From: Candidatus Aenigmatarchaeota archaeon
GTDB lineage: Archaea; Aenigmatarchaeota; Aenigmatarchaeia; QMZP01; QMZT01
NCBI GenBank assembly: GCA_011772645.1
Contig: WVZE01000001.1
Coordinates: forward strand, 17,888-81,887
Length of the DNA stretch: 64,000 nt
Direction: 5' to 3'
Shown: positions 18,145 through 27,519 of the stretch, piece after piece
Layout of the letters: each line of letters opens with the position of its first letter
Numbering within the stretch: position 1 is the first letter of the stretch
Notes under the pieces: model-generated
The model's input: the letters and a program-made list of their open reading frames with translations, nothing else
Databases searched by the model: none
What the model was told of the DNA's origin: nothing
Position numbers and translations under genes: made by a program

Positions 18145-18168
18145 ATGTTTAAACATATGTTTAAACAT
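18145..18168. promoter_or_regulatory. Two directly abutting copies of the 12-bp palindrome ATGTTTAAACAT (TATA/BRE-like), 33-56 nt upstream of the LTD gene start
   Basis: The exact sequence 'atgtttaaacatatgtttaaacat' is present. The same GTTTAAAC(AT) core recurs 30-50 nt upstream of other starts (18788..18799, 26431..26440, 46420..46427, 57409..57429). Confidence 0.45.
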
Positions 18169-18193
18169 CAATAGATAAATTTTGGGGTTTCGG

Positions 18194-18748
18194 CTACTCT
18201 TCCGTCATTTCGCTGCACTCGGGGCAGACCCATCTTCCGTCCGTGTTTCTCAGATCGTCTGAATAGGAATCGCAGATTTCGCACAAGCCAGAGATCGTCT
18301 GGTCAGGCCTCGCAACTGCATCCACTTTCGCTTTAAGCTTCTCTGAGAGAACCTCTATGAGTTCAGGAGAAACCAGAAGGATTTCCTTGGTTGAAATTAT
18401 TCCTTTAAGTTTCCCGTCTTTTACGATGGGAAATCTTTTCAGGCCGCTCTTTATCATTTTTTTCGCTACGCCCAGTACGTTTTCATCAGGTGAAACGGTT
18501 ATGAAAGGCCTCTTCCTCTCCTTCCAGAATTTCCCTGCCTTTATCTTCTTGGGGTCCTTGTTGTTTGCGATCAAGGTTACTATATCGTTTGTCGTTACCA
18601 TCCCGATCGGTTTCTCTTTCTCGACTATTACAGCAGAACCTATCCTGTTGTTTGTGAGTATTTTCGCCACTGTTGACATCGTTACGTCCGGATCTATCGT
18701 TACTACGTGCTTCTTCATTATCTCCTTTACCTTTACCATGTCTTTCAC
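18194..18748 (-). CDS. CBS-domain pair protein with a C-terminal zinc ribbon
   Basis: It has two CBS domains ('GMVTTNDIVTLI', 'GIISTKEILLV') and a C-terminal 'CEICDSYS...WVCPECS' (CxxC...CxxC). Confidence 0.75.
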   Translation of the reverse strand: MKDMVKVKEIMKKHVVTIDPDVTMSTVAKILTNNRIGSAVIVEKEKPIGMVTTNDIVTLIANNKDPKKIKAGKFWKERKRPFITVSPDENVLGVAKKMIKSGLKRFPIVKDGKLKGIISTKEILLVSPELIEVLSEKLKAKVDAVARPDQTISGLCEICDSYSDDLRNTDGRWVCPECSEMTEE

Positions 18749-18787
18749 CTAATTTTAAATAAAAATCGAAGTTATTTAAGCGTTTTT

Positions 18788-18799
18788 ATGTTTAAACAT
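18788..18799. promoter_or_regulatory. ATGTTTAAACAT palindrome, putative TATA/BRE of the CBS/zinc-ribbon gene
   Basis: An exact 12-bp palindrome lies 40-51 nt upstream of the start at 18748. Confidence 0.4.
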
Positions 18800-18816
18800 T
18801 TCTATTGAAATCTATA

Positions 18817-21429
18817 TTACCCGTTCTTTATCTTGGCCTGCGCTGCAGCGAGTCTAGCAATCGGGACCCTGAAAGGCGAGCAGGAAACGTAATCAATTCC
18901 CAACTTATGGCAGAACTCGACAGAACTCGGTTCTCCGCCATGTTCACCGCAAATCCCTATTTCTATCTTGGGGTTTGTTTTTTTTCCAAGTTTCACGCAT
19001 GTCTCCATGAGCGATCCCACTCCCTCCCTGTCCAGAACTTGAAACGGGTCTTTCTTCAAAACACCCTTCTCTATGTATTTTGGTATGAATTTGCCGGAAT
19101 CATCCCTTGAAAATCCATAAGTGGTCTGGGTCAGGTCGTTCGTTCCGAACGAGAAGAAATCCAGGACCTTCGCCAGCTCATCCGCCACAACACACGCCCT
19201 CGGGAGTTCAATCATGGTTCCTATCTTGTATTTTACGTTAACCCTTGATTTTCTGATCAGGTCCTTCGCTATCCTTTCTATGACCTCCCTCATGAACTTT
19301 GCTTCTTCAAGACTCCCCAGAACAGGGATCTCTATTTCAGGGAAGGCCCTGCCTCCTGACCTGTTGATCTTGATTGCCGCCTTTATTATTGCCTCAACCT
19401 GCATTTCAGAGATCTCAGGATATACCACCCCCAGCCTGCAGCCTCTGAAACCCAGCATGGGGTTAAACTCGCTCAAGAAGTTTATTTTCTTTTTGAGTTT
19501 TTGATAGCTTACCTTCATCTTCCTTGCAAGTTTTCTTATCTCCTTATCTTCCTTTGGAAGGAATTCGTGAAGCGGCGGGTCAAGCAGACGTATGGTAACG
19601 GGTAAACCGTTCATTTCTTTGAATATCCCCAGGAAATCATTCATCTGCATGGGAAGGAGTTTCTTAAGCGCATTCCTTCTTCCCTTTTCGTCTTCGGCAA
19701 GTATCATCTCCCTGACGGAATCTATACGGCCTCCCTCAAAAAACATGTGCTCCGTTCTCGCCAAGCCGATTCCTTCAGCCCCAAAGTCTTTCGCCCTTTT
19801 CGAATCCTCAGGCGTGTCGGCATTGGTCCTTACTCCCAGTCTTCTGAATTCATCGACCCATTTCATTAACGTTCTGAACTCACCTTTCATTTCAGGATCC
19901 ACAACAGCGATTTTACCCTCAATCACCTCTCCCGTGCCCCCGTCCAGCGTGATCCATTCTCCTTCCCTAATTTTAATTTCCCCTGCCGTCAATGTCTTCT
20001 TCTTCTCATCAATAATGATGTCTTCACAGCCTGCCACACAGCAGATCCCCATTCCACGCGCAACCACAGCGGCGTGTGACGTCATTCCTCCTCTCGCTGT
20101 AAGTATTCCCTTCGAGACGGACATGCCCCCGATGTCTTCAGGGGAAGTCTCTTCCCTTACGAGCACGACATCCTTCCCTTTGGACGCAAGCTCTTCTGCC
20201 CTGTCTGCTGTGAAACACACTATTCCCACCGAGGCCCCAGGCGATGCCGGGAGTCCTTTTGCTATTGCCCTTGCTTTCTCCTTTTCCTTTGGGTCAAGCT
20301 GTTTATGAAGCAAGTGGTCAAGCTGAGCGGGATCTATCCTCATTATAGCCTCTCTTTTGCTTATCATCCTCTCTTTCACAAGATCTACCGCAATTTTCAC
20401 CGCGGCCTGCGCTGTTCTCTTTCCTGCTCTTGTCTGGAGGACGTACAGTTTTCCCTTCTCTATCGTGAATTCCAAATCCTGCATGTCTCTGTAGTGTTTA
20501 TCAAGCAGCTTGTAAACCTTCATTAGCTTCCTGTAAGCTTTCGGAAGGTCTTTTTTTAGGTTAAATATGGGTTTCGGTGTTCTTATTCCCGCAACGACGT
20601 CTTCACCCTGGGCATTAATGAGGTATTCGCCGTAGGGCGTGTTCTCGCCGGTGGAAGGATCTCTTGTGAACCCCACTCCGGTTGCAGAGTCTTTCCCCAG
20701 GTTTCCGAAAACCATTGCCTGAATGTTGACCGCTGTTCCCAGATCTTCTGGTATGTTGTTGAGTTTCCGATAGGTTCTCGCGCGTTTGTTGTCCCAGGAA
20801 CTGAAAACAGCATCTATTGACATCTTCAGTTGTTTCTTGGGGTCTGAAGGAAATTCCTTGCCTGTCTCTCTCCTGACGAGATTTTTGTATTCACTAACGA
20901 TAATTTTAAGTTCCTCGACTTTAAGGTCGGTGTCTTTTCTGCCCCTCTTGCGTTTGTTAAGGATTTTCTCGAACTTTGCATGATCCACCTCAAGAACCAC
21001 GTCACCAAACATCTGTATGAACCTTCTGTAGGAATCCCATGCAAACCTGGGATCTCCGCTTTCCTTTTCTATCCCCTTCACCGTCTTATCGTTTAGGCCG
21101 AGGTTAAGGACGGTGTCCATCATGCCCGGCATGGAGACGGGAGCACCGGATCTCACAGAAATTAACAGCGGTCTTTTTTCGTCCCCAAATTTCCTTTTCA
21201 TTTTTCTTTCCAATTTCTTTAGGTTTGATTCAACCTGTTTCTCAAGATATCTGGGGTATCTTTTGGTTTTTATGAAATCCATGCACACGCGGGTTGATAT
21301 CGTAAAACCGGGAGGTACTGGCAAACCTATCCTGGTCATTTCTCCCAGGTTCGCTCCCTTTCCTCCGAGCAGTTTTCTGCTTTCCTTCCCCCTTTCCCCG
21401 AAGAAGTAAACCATCTTCATGACATTCAC
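18817..21429 (-). CDS. ppdK: Pyruvate, phosphate dikinase
   Basis: 870 aa. 'LLGGKGANLGEM', the phospho-His region 'GGMTSHAAVVARG' and the PEP-utilising C-terminus 'GIGLARTEHMF...FFSFGTNDLTQ' identify it. Confidence 0.95.
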   Translation of the reverse strand: MNVMKMVYFFGERGKESRKLLGGKGANLGEMTRIGLPVPPGFTISTRVCMDFIKTKRYPRYLEKQVESNLKKLERKMKRKFGDEKRPLLISVRSGAPVSMPGMMDTVLNLGLNDKTVKGIEKESGDPRFAWDSYRRFIQMFGDVVLEVDHAKFEKILNKRKRGRKDTDLKVEELKIIVSEYKNLVRRETGKEFPSDPKKQLKMSIDAVFSSWDNKRARTYRKLNNIPEDLGTAVNIQAMVFGNLGKDSATGVGFTRDPSTGENTPYGEYLINAQGEDVVAGIRTPKPIFNLKKDLPKAYRKLMKVYKLLDKHYRDMQDLEFTIEKGKLYVLQTRAGKRTAQAAVKIAVDLVKERMISKREAIMRIDPAQLDHLLHKQLDPKEKEKARAIAKGLPASPGASVGIVCFTADRAEELASKGKDVVLVREETSPEDIGGMSVSKGILTARGGMTSHAAVVARGMGICCVAGCEDIIIDEKKKTLTAGEIKIREGEWITLDGGTGEVIEGKIAVVDPEMKGEFRTLMKWVDEFRRLGVRTNADTPEDSKRAKDFGAEGIGLARTEHMFFEGGRIDSVREMILAEDEKGRRNALKKLLPMQMNDFLGIFKEMNGLPVTIRLLDPPLHEFLPKEDKEIRKLARKMKVSYQKLKKKINFLSEFNPMLGFRGCRLGVVYPEISEMQVEAIIKAAIKINRSGGRAFPEIEIPVLGSLEEAKFMREVIERIAKDLIRKSRVNVKYKIGTMIELPRACVVADELAKVLDFFSFGTNDLTQTTYGFSRDDSGKFIPKYIEKGVLKKDPFQVLDREGVGSLMETCVKLGKKTNPKIEIGICGEHGGEPSSVEFCHKLGIDYVSCSPFRVPIARLAAAQAKIKNG

Positions 21430-21551
21430 ATAAATAGAGATTTTGTTCCATCGTTTATTTATAAGTTTACGTTTTACGTTCGATGGTTGTCTTAAATAAG
21501 CCCAAACCGCTCTTTAAACTTTTATTAATGAGCTAGTTTAAAACTTATATT

Positions 21552-22040
21552 ATGGGCATGAAGGGTATTTCCCCGATAATAGCCGCCGTCGTGCTGATAG
21601 CTATAAGCGTTGCTGTGGGGGTGATGATATCCTCATGGGTCACCCATTGGGTCACGAGACAAACGGGTGTAACAACACAGTGCGTGGCGCTAACGAACTA
21701 CAACATAGAGTCGGCGACATATGACAGCAGCAACAACAATCTCACGATGGTTGTAACAAACCTGGGAACCATAAAGCTTTACGGCTTCAGTGCACAGATA
21801 ATGAATCTGACCAATATAGTTACCTACAACGATACGAGCCCTGATATCAAGGTCACGCCGAATCTGAGCAAGGAATATCCGCTGACCGAACAGAGGTCCG
21901 CGATAATAATAATCAACCTGAACGGGACCCAAGGAAGCTACGGAGAGATCGGGAGGACGGCAGAAGAGATAAAGGTTTTTAACAAGGCATGCCCTGCATT
22001 TTCAGCCAAGATACCTAAAAAGGATATAGTTAAGGAGTGA
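21552..22040 (+). CDS. Archaeal type IV pilin-like protein (class III signal peptide)
   Basis: The N-terminus 'MGMKGISPIIAAVVLIAISVAVGVMI' is an archaeal Pilin_N/DUF1628-type pattern. The remainder is beta-rich with NxS/T sequons. Confidence 0.7.
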   Translation: MGMKGISPIIAAVVLIAISVAVGVMISSWVTHWVTRQTGVTTQCVALTNYNIESATYDSSNNNLTMVVTNLGTIKLYGFSAQIMNLTNIVTYNDTSPDIKVTPNLSKEYPLTEQRSAIIIINLNGTQGSYGEIGRTAEEIKVFNKACPAFSAKIPKKDIVKE

Positions 22041-22044
22041 TAGG

Positions 22045-22485
22045 ATGAGAAAGGGTATATCCCCTCTGATTGCAGTGATAATGTTAATAGCATTTACAAT
22101 GATCGTTGCAGGGATTCTCGCGGGATGGGCAACCACCTTCGTTACCACACAGAGAGAGGAACTTCAGTTTTGCGCGAAGGCTCAGCTGCTCATACAGAAT
22201 GCAAACTATAACGACACGACAAAGAATCTTACCATCGCCTTATTCAACACTGGTGACGTTCCCTTGAGGGGTTTCGTGGCAAGGTTGACCTATGCAAACA
22301 ACACAGTGGCTTCTGAAAGGAGTGGTCTGGAAACTCTTGAGATAGCCTCACAGGATATAAGAACAGTCACCGTATCTGTAGATGACACCTTGGATAAGGT
22401 AGTGATACAATCGTTGCAGTGCAGGGGGGCGCAGGACCTGATAGGCAAGTACGATATAAGGGGACTCGGTTACCCAGCGTTCTAA
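22045..22485 (+). CDS. Archaeal type IV pilin-like protein (class III signal peptide)
   Basis: The N-terminus is 'MRKGISPLIAVIMLIAFTMIVAGILAG'. It starts 4 nt after the previous pilin gene. Confidence 0.7.
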   Translation: MRKGISPLIAVIMLIAFTMIVAGILAGWATTFVTTQREELQFCAKAQLLIQNANYNDTTKNLTIALFNTGDVPLRGFVARLTYANNTVASERSGLETLEIASQDIRTVTVSVDDTLDKVVIQSLQCRGAQDLIGKYDIRGLGYPAF

Positions 22486-22536
22486 GTAAACCCCCTGTTT
22501 TTTATTTAAATAATCGTAAGTCTTTTTAGGATATTT

Positions 22537-22947
22537 ATGAAATATAAATTCATAGACGATCTGACATCGGACGTTCTTTTTGAAGCCTACGGGAAGGATC
22601 TGAAAGATCTGTTTACAAATGCTGCTCTCGCCCTCTTCAGCGTGATATGCCAGATAGGAAAGGTAAAGCCAAGAATTAAGAAGGAGGTTGAGGTTGGAGG
22701 GGAGGACACTAAAGATCTTATGTTTAACTGGCTTCAGGAACTCATAGTTCTTGTTGACACAGAGGAGATGTTCTTTTCAAAATTCGAAGTGAGAGAAATC
22801 GATGAGAGACATCTGAAGGCCAAATGTTATGGCGAAGGGATAACAAAGGGAAAGAGTGGGACTTTGGTGAAGGGCGTGACCTACCATAAGTTCGGGGTAG
22901 AAAAAACGGACAAAGGCTATAAGGTAACGGTCAGTCTGGATATATAG
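22537..22947 (+). CDS. Archease (RtcB activator)
   Basis: 136 aa. 'KFIDDLTSDVLFEAYGKDLKDLFTNAALAL' and the C-terminal 'VKGVTYHKF' are archease-like. It is convergent with rtcB. Confidence 0.8.
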   Translation: MKYKFIDDLTSDVLFEAYGKDLKDLFTNAALALFSVICQIGKVKPRIKKEVEVGGEDTKDLMFNWLQELIVLVDTEEMFFSKFEVREIDERHLKAKCYGEGITKGKSGTLVKGVTYHKFGVEKTDKGYKVTVSLDI

Positions 22948-22954
22948 CCGGAAT

Positions 22955-24388
22955 CTATCCCTTCAGAACTCCTACCGGAACCGTTCGTGCAACCTTCAAA
23001 GAGATTCCCATGCCGTGAACACTCTCTATCACGTCATCCACGTTCTTGTAAGCCCCCGGGGCTTCCTCTGCCAAAACCTTTGGGTGGGTTGACTGTGTGA
23101 CAATTCCTTTATTCGCAAGTTCTTCCTTGACCTTTCCACCCCAAAACTTACGAATGGCAGCGTGTCTCGACATAGCGCGCCCCGCTCCGTGAACCGTTGA
23201 CCCAAACGTTTTCTCCATTGATTTGTCTGTTCCCCTGAGAATATAAGAAGAGGTTCCCATAGTTCCCGCAATAAGGACCGGGTCGTCTGGGAAGGAACGT
23301 GTCGAACCCTTCCTGTGAACGAAAAGCTTTCTCTTTTCCCCTTCCACAACATGATTCTCGAGCTTAACCACGTTGTGGCATAACCCGTATATCGTGTTTA
23401 AATCCATCGATTCCCAGTCCTTTCCGAATATCTTTTTAAAGGTTTCGCGTATCCAGTGTGTCATCACGATTCGGTTTGTGAAGGAATAGTTCACAGCGCA
23501 CACCATTGCTGAAAAATAATCCTTCCCTTCCTGTGATTTCGAAGGGGCGCACGCAAGCTGACGGTCAGGCAGCCAAATGTTGTATTTTTTTACCGCTTGT
23601 TCCTGAATCTTCAGGTAATCGCTCGCTACCTGATGTCCAAGCCCGCGGGAGCCGCAGTGAAGCATGATCAAGATCTGATCGGGATTTTGAATTCCCCATT
23701 TGTTAGCGAATTCCTGGTCATAGATATCGGAAACCCTCTGTATCTCGAGGAAATGGTTTCCTGCTCCAAGGGTTCCCAGCTGTTGCAGACCGCGTTTCTT
23801 GGCGAGATCGGAAACTTTCGAGGAATCCCCTCCTTCCATATGTCCTCTCTCTTCCATGTTTTCCCTGTCCTTCGAAACCCCGTATCCGTTCTCTATGGCC
23901 CAGTCTATTCCTTTTTCGAGGACCTGATCTAACTGATCATTCGTTAGCTTCAATCTCCCTTTCGCTCCCACCCCGCAGGGTATGTTCTTGAACAATGTTG
24001 AAACCAACTCGTTCAATTTCGGTTTAATCTGGTCGTAAGTGAGGTTCGTTCTTATGGAATTCACCCCGCAGTTTATATCGAAACCGCAGAGTCCCGAGGA
24101 TATTATTCCATCTTGGGAATCGAACGCGCTCACAGCCCCCATCGGAAGACCGTATCCCCAGTGCATGTCCGGAAGCCCTATAACCGGCCGGATCACTCCG
24201 GGGAGGCAAGCGACGTTCGTCAGCTGCTGGATAGCGGCATCTTCTATAGCATCGACTACCCTTTTGTTTCCTATGACCTTCGCGTCCACATTCATTCGTT
24301 CCCTAGATCCCTTGGGAAGAAGCCATTCGTATTCGCCCAACTTTTTCAATTTCTCCTTCATCTCAAACCTCCATTTGACCCGCGACAT
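22955..24388 (-). CDS. rtcB: RNA-splicing ligase RtcB
   Basis: 477 aa. 'PDMHWGYGLPMG', 'DINCGV', 'GAGNHFLE', 'HCGSRGLGH' and 'HGAGR' are canonical RtcB motifs. Confidence 0.95.
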   Translation of the reverse strand: MSRVKWRFEMKEKLKKLGEYEWLLPKGSRERMNVDAKVIGNKRVVDAIEDAAIQQLTNVACLPGVIRPVIGLPDMHWGYGLPMGAVSAFDSQDGIISSGLCGFDINCGVNSIRTNLTYDQIKPKLNELVSTLFKNIPCGVGAKGRLKLTNDQLDQVLEKGIDWAIENGYGVSKDRENMEERGHMEGGDSSKVSDLAKKRGLQQLGTLGAGNHFLEIQRVSDIYDQEFANKWGIQNPDQILIMLHCGSRGLGHQVASDYLKIQEQAVKKYNIWLPDRQLACAPSKSQEGKDYFSAMVCAVNYSFTNRIVMTHWIRETFKKIFGKDWESMDLNTIYGLCHNVVKLENHVVEGEKRKLFVHRKGSTRSFPDDPVLIAGTMGTSSYILRGTDKSMEKTFGSTVHGAGRAMSRHAAIRKFWGGKVKEELANKGIVTQSTHPKVLAEEAPGAYKNVDDVIESVHGMGISLKVARTVPVGVLKG

Positions 24389-24451
24389 CCTTATTAATTA
24401 TTTTCTTATATATTCTATCTGTTTAAATATTAAATTAGAGAGGTAGCTTTT

Positions 24452-24712
24452 ATGACCAGAAAAGATTCTTACAAAAGGGGATGGCACCACACAAAAACGA
24501 GAGGTAAGGAGACGATCGTTACGTGTGGTTTCTGCGGTAGGAAAGTTCCAAAGTACAAGACATTCGTTGTGTACAGGGGATTTTCCATATCGGATCCCTC
24601 TCTGAGGAAGGAACTGGGGAGAGGGAGATTTTCACTGTCCTCAACTAAGATTTATGCGTGCCCTGGTTGCGCACGCCACAGAAAAATTGTTAAGAAGACC
24701 AGAAGGAAGTAG
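24452..24712 (+). CDS. rps26e: 30S ribosomal protein S26e
   Basis: 86 aa. 'KRGWHHTKTRGKETIVTCGFCGRKVPKYK...KIYACPGCARHRKIV' fits the eS26 CxxC...CxxC pattern. Confidence 0.7.
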   Translation: MTRKDSYKRGWHHTKTRGKETIVTCGFCGRKVPKYKTFVVYRGFSISDPSLRKELGRGRFSLSSTKIYACPGCARHRKIVKKTRRK

Positions 24713-24717
24713 GTTTA

Positions 24718-26403
24718 ATGAGGCTGAGGGGAGCTCTCAGAGAGAAGATAGACAAACTGAAGGGGAAGGGGAAGGTTAAATACCCTCTTGTTAAGATTAA
24801 GGAGCCAAAACACCTCATAGTTTTCCCTTCAATCAAGAAGATGACAAATGTTGATATAAAATACCCCCTTCTAGAGCCCTTTGTTTACGCAAGAATAAAA
24901 TGGAACCCGGAAAAAAGAGGCCTGGTATACAACATAATAGAACCCATTTTATCGAAAAAGGAGGTAAAAATTCTGGAAACAATAAAAAAGGATTTGCTTG
25001 AAACGATAGATGTCGAACTTTCAGAGGTAAAGGAGAAGGGGAAGACCTTCGAATACATACAGAAAAAGCTGACAAAGATACTGGAGGACGAAAATATTGC
25101 CTTGACCTCCGAAGGCTATGTAAAGATAAGTTATTACATATACCGAAATTTCGTCGGATTCAACGAGATCGAGGGTTTGCTTCATGATCCGTATATAGAG
25201 GATATAGGTTGTCCTGGTCTGGGGATACCGGTTTTCGTTGTTCACAGGAAGTTTGGTTCTACCGAAACCAACATCGTTTACGAAGATAGTGGTTACCTAA
25301 ACAATTTTGTGATAAAGCTGGCGGAAAGGTGTGGTAGATACGTTTCATACGCAAAACCGCTCCTCGATGGTTCACTTCCGGATGGCTCTAGGGTCCAGGC
25401 AACGCTGGCAAAAGACGTGACCACCAAGGGCCCTACATTCTCCATTCGTAAGTTCAGAATAGAGCCGTTCTCGCCCATCGACATAATAAATCTGAACACC
25501 GCATCCTCCGAACTCATGGCATACCTTTGGACTGTTACGGAAGCACGGGCTTCCACTCTGATATGCGGAGGCGTCTCGAGCGGGAAAACAACGTTTTTGA
25601 ATTCAATAAGTATGTTCATCCCTCCTGAGGACAAGATAGTTTCCATAGAAGACACCCGCGAACTAAACCTTCCGCATGAGAACTGGATACCTAGCGTTTC
25701 GAGAATCGGATTTGGTATTCCTGAGGCGTCAGGGAAAAGATATGGAGAGGTAACGCTCTTTGAACTTCTTAAGGAGTCGTTCAGACAGAATCCTGATTAC
25801 GTCATAGTGGGGGAGGTGAGGGGAAAGGAGGCGTACGTGATGTTCCAAGGCATGGCTTCAGGACACTCCTCGATCGGAACAATACACGCGGGTTCTATAG
25901 AGGATGTTATAAAACGTTTGGAAACGCCTCCCATCGAACTGTCTCCCAGTCTGGTGGAAACGCTTGATATCGTAATCGTGATGGTCAATGCAAAGGAGAA
26001 GGGAAAATCAGCAAGAAGGGTTAAAAACATAGTGGAGATAGAATCTGTAGATCCGAAAACGGGGAACCCTCACACCATAAAGACATTCGACTGGATCCCT
26101 TCAACGGATTCTTTCGGATCGAACCTTGAGGAGTCGTATCTTTTGAAGAGGATCGCCTTTGATAAGGGTATGCCTTACGAAAAGATGAAGAACGAGATAA
26201 AGAACCGGGTTAAGATTCTTGAGTGGATGAGGAAGTTCGCCATAACGGATTACAGGGAGGTATGCAAACTGGTCAATCTTTATTACAAAGAGACCTCGAT
26301 CATAATGGAATGGGTAAATCGGAATCTTCCTCCGTACAAGACCAAGGCTAAGGAAGTCAAAAAAATCCTTGAATCGTCCACGGGGCTGGGGATTATCGAG
26401 TGA
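24718..26403 (+). CDS. Type IV pilus/archaellum-type secretion ATPase (FlaI/PilB-like), full length
   Basis: 561 aa. It has Walker A 'GGVSSGKTTFLNS', Walker B/Asp box 'IVSIEDTRELNL', 'NPDYVIVGEVRGKEA' and the His box 'GHSSIGTIHAG'. It starts 5 nt after the S26e stop. Confidence 0.85.
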   Translation: MRLRGALREKIDKLKGKGKVKYPLVKIKEPKHLIVFPSIKKMTNVDIKYPLLEPFVYARIKWNPEKRGLVYNIIEPILSKKEVKILETIKKDLLETIDVELSEVKEKGKTFEYIQKKLTKILEDENIALTSEGYVKISYYIYRNFVGFNEIEGLLHDPYIEDIGCPGLGIPVFVVHRKFGSTETNIVYEDSGYLNNFVIKLAERCGRYVSYAKPLLDGSLPDGSRVQATLAKDVTTKGPTFSIRKFRIEPFSPIDIINLNTASSELMAYLWTVTEARASTLICGGVSSGKTTFLNSISMFIPPEDKIVSIEDTRELNLPHENWIPSVSRIGFGIPEASGKRYGEVTLFELLKESFRQNPDYVIVGEVRGKEAYVMFQGMASGHSSIGTIHAGSIEDVIKRLETPPIELSPSLVETLDIVIVMVNAKEKGKSARRVKNIVEIESVDPKTGNPHTIKTFDWIPSTDSFGSNLEESYLLKRIAFDKGMPYEKMKNEIKNRVKILEWMRKFAITDYREVCKLVNLYYKETSIIMEWVNRNLPPYKTKAKEVKKILESSTGLGIIE

Positions 26404-26430
26404 TTGGAGTTTATTTCTTTGAGGTAGGAG

Positions 26431-26440
26431 GTTTAAACAT
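26431..26440. promoter_or_regulatory. GTTTAAACAT TATA/BRE-like element upstream of the RPA gene
   Basis: It has the same core as the 18145..18168 palindromes and lies about 40-50 nt upstream of the RPA start. Confidence 0.35.
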
Positions 26441-26478
26441 AATCTTTTATAACTAATTTTCAATTCTTTATTATCCTT

Positions 26479-27510
26479 GTGATTGTTATGTATTCTCTGA
26501 AAGAGATCGTGCAAGAGATCGCGAAGGGTTCTGATCTATCCGAAAGCGAGGTCAAGAAGAAGATCGAGGAAAAACAAACCGAACTCTCCGGCCTGGTTTC
26601 CCAGGAAGGGGCCGCCTACATCGTGGGTAAGGAACTCGGTGTGAATCTCTTGAAGGAAACCAAGAGTAAACTTCTTAAGATCAAGAACGTGGTTTCTGGG
26701 ATACGTTCCGTGGACCTCGTTGGGAGGGTAGTGGGTATCTCTGAAAAAAGGGATTTTGAAAAGAATGGGAAGAAAGGGAGCGTTGTGAACGTTGTCTTGG
26801 GGGACGAGACGGGAACGATCCGCCTGTCGCTGTGGGACAGCGAGATAGAAATTCTGAACGAACTGGGAATAAAGGAAAACGATGCGTTGAAAATCACGAA
26901 CGGTTACGTCAAGGAAGACAACAGGGGCAACAACGAGTTGAGGATAGGAAAATTCGGCAAAATTGAAAAAACTGAGGGAAAGGGTATCAATGTTCCGAAG
27001 AGCGAGGATATAGAAAAGGTTTTCGAGAAGGTTAAAGCAAGGGACATCACCGATCTAAGGGAGAACGAATACAGCGAGGTTCGGGCTTCATTTGTTCAGT
27101 TGTTCAGGAGAAATCCTTTTTTTGAGGTTTGCCCGAAGTGCGAAACAAGGGTCGAAAAATCAGGCGATGTCTGGGTTTGCAAGGAGCATGGAAATACCGA
27201 ACCCAAATACCAGTTGGTGATCTCGGGGGTTATAGATGATGGTTCAGGAAACATACGCATTATCCTTTTCAGGGACCTTGCCGAGAAGGTTTTGGATAAG
27301 AAAGCTGAAGATTTGAAGGAGAGGAGTTCAAAAGAGGCCGATCCTCTGTCAATTTACGAAAATATGGATGTGATAGGGAAGGAATTTGTTTTGAGGGGGA
27401 GGGTAAGAAAGAATCAGTTCACGGAGAGGATGGAATTTGTCGTGAATGAAGTCGAACGCATGGATGTTGAAAAGGAAATTAAAAATCTGCTAGAAAGGAT
27501 TAAAGATTAA
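26479..27510 (+). CDS. rpa: Replication protein A-like single-stranded DNA-binding protein (OB folds plus zinc ribbon)
   Basis: The OB-fold segment is 'VDLVGRVVGISEKRDF...GSVVNVVLGDETGTIRLSLWD'. The zinc ribbon is 'CPKCETRVEKSGDVWVCKEHG'. The start may instead be the Met at 26491. Confidence 0.75.
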   Translation: MIVMYSLKEIVQEIAKGSDLSESEVKKKIEEKQTELSGLVSQEGAAYIVGKELGVNLLKETKSKLLKIKNVVSGIRSVDLVGRVVGISEKRDFEKNGKKGSVVNVVLGDETGTIRLSLWDSEIEILNELGIKENDALKITNGYVKEDNRGNNELRIGKFGKIEKTEGKGINVPKSEDIEKVFEKVKARDITDLRENEYSEVRASFVQLFRRNPFFEVCPKCETRVEKSGDVWVCKEHGNTEPKYQLVISGVIDDGSGNIRIILFRDLAEKVLDKKAEDLKERSSKEADPLSIYENMDVIGKEFVLRGRVRKNQFTERMEFVVNEVERMDVEKEIKNLLERIKD

Positions 27511-27519
27511 AATGTTGAA

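Noticed and set aside
18145-18799. ATGTTTAAACAT palindromes flanking the CBS/zinc-ribbon gene, considered as terminal inverted repeats of a small mobile element.
   Set aside because: There is no transposase, and the same core occurs at promoter distance upstream of several unrelated genes. A TATA/BRE or operator role is the most parsimonious explanation.
19592-20308. Long antisense ORFs opposite well-supported genes. Examples are 238 aa opposite ppdK, 32886..33803 opposite dnaG, 42191..42835 opposite the thermosome gene, 39534..40157 opposite alaS and 12538..13095 opposite pheS.
   Set aside because: They have low-complexity Ser/Phe/Leu/Ile-rich translations and no recognisable motifs. Each lies fully inside a confidently identified gene on the other strand, which is typical of shadow ORFs.
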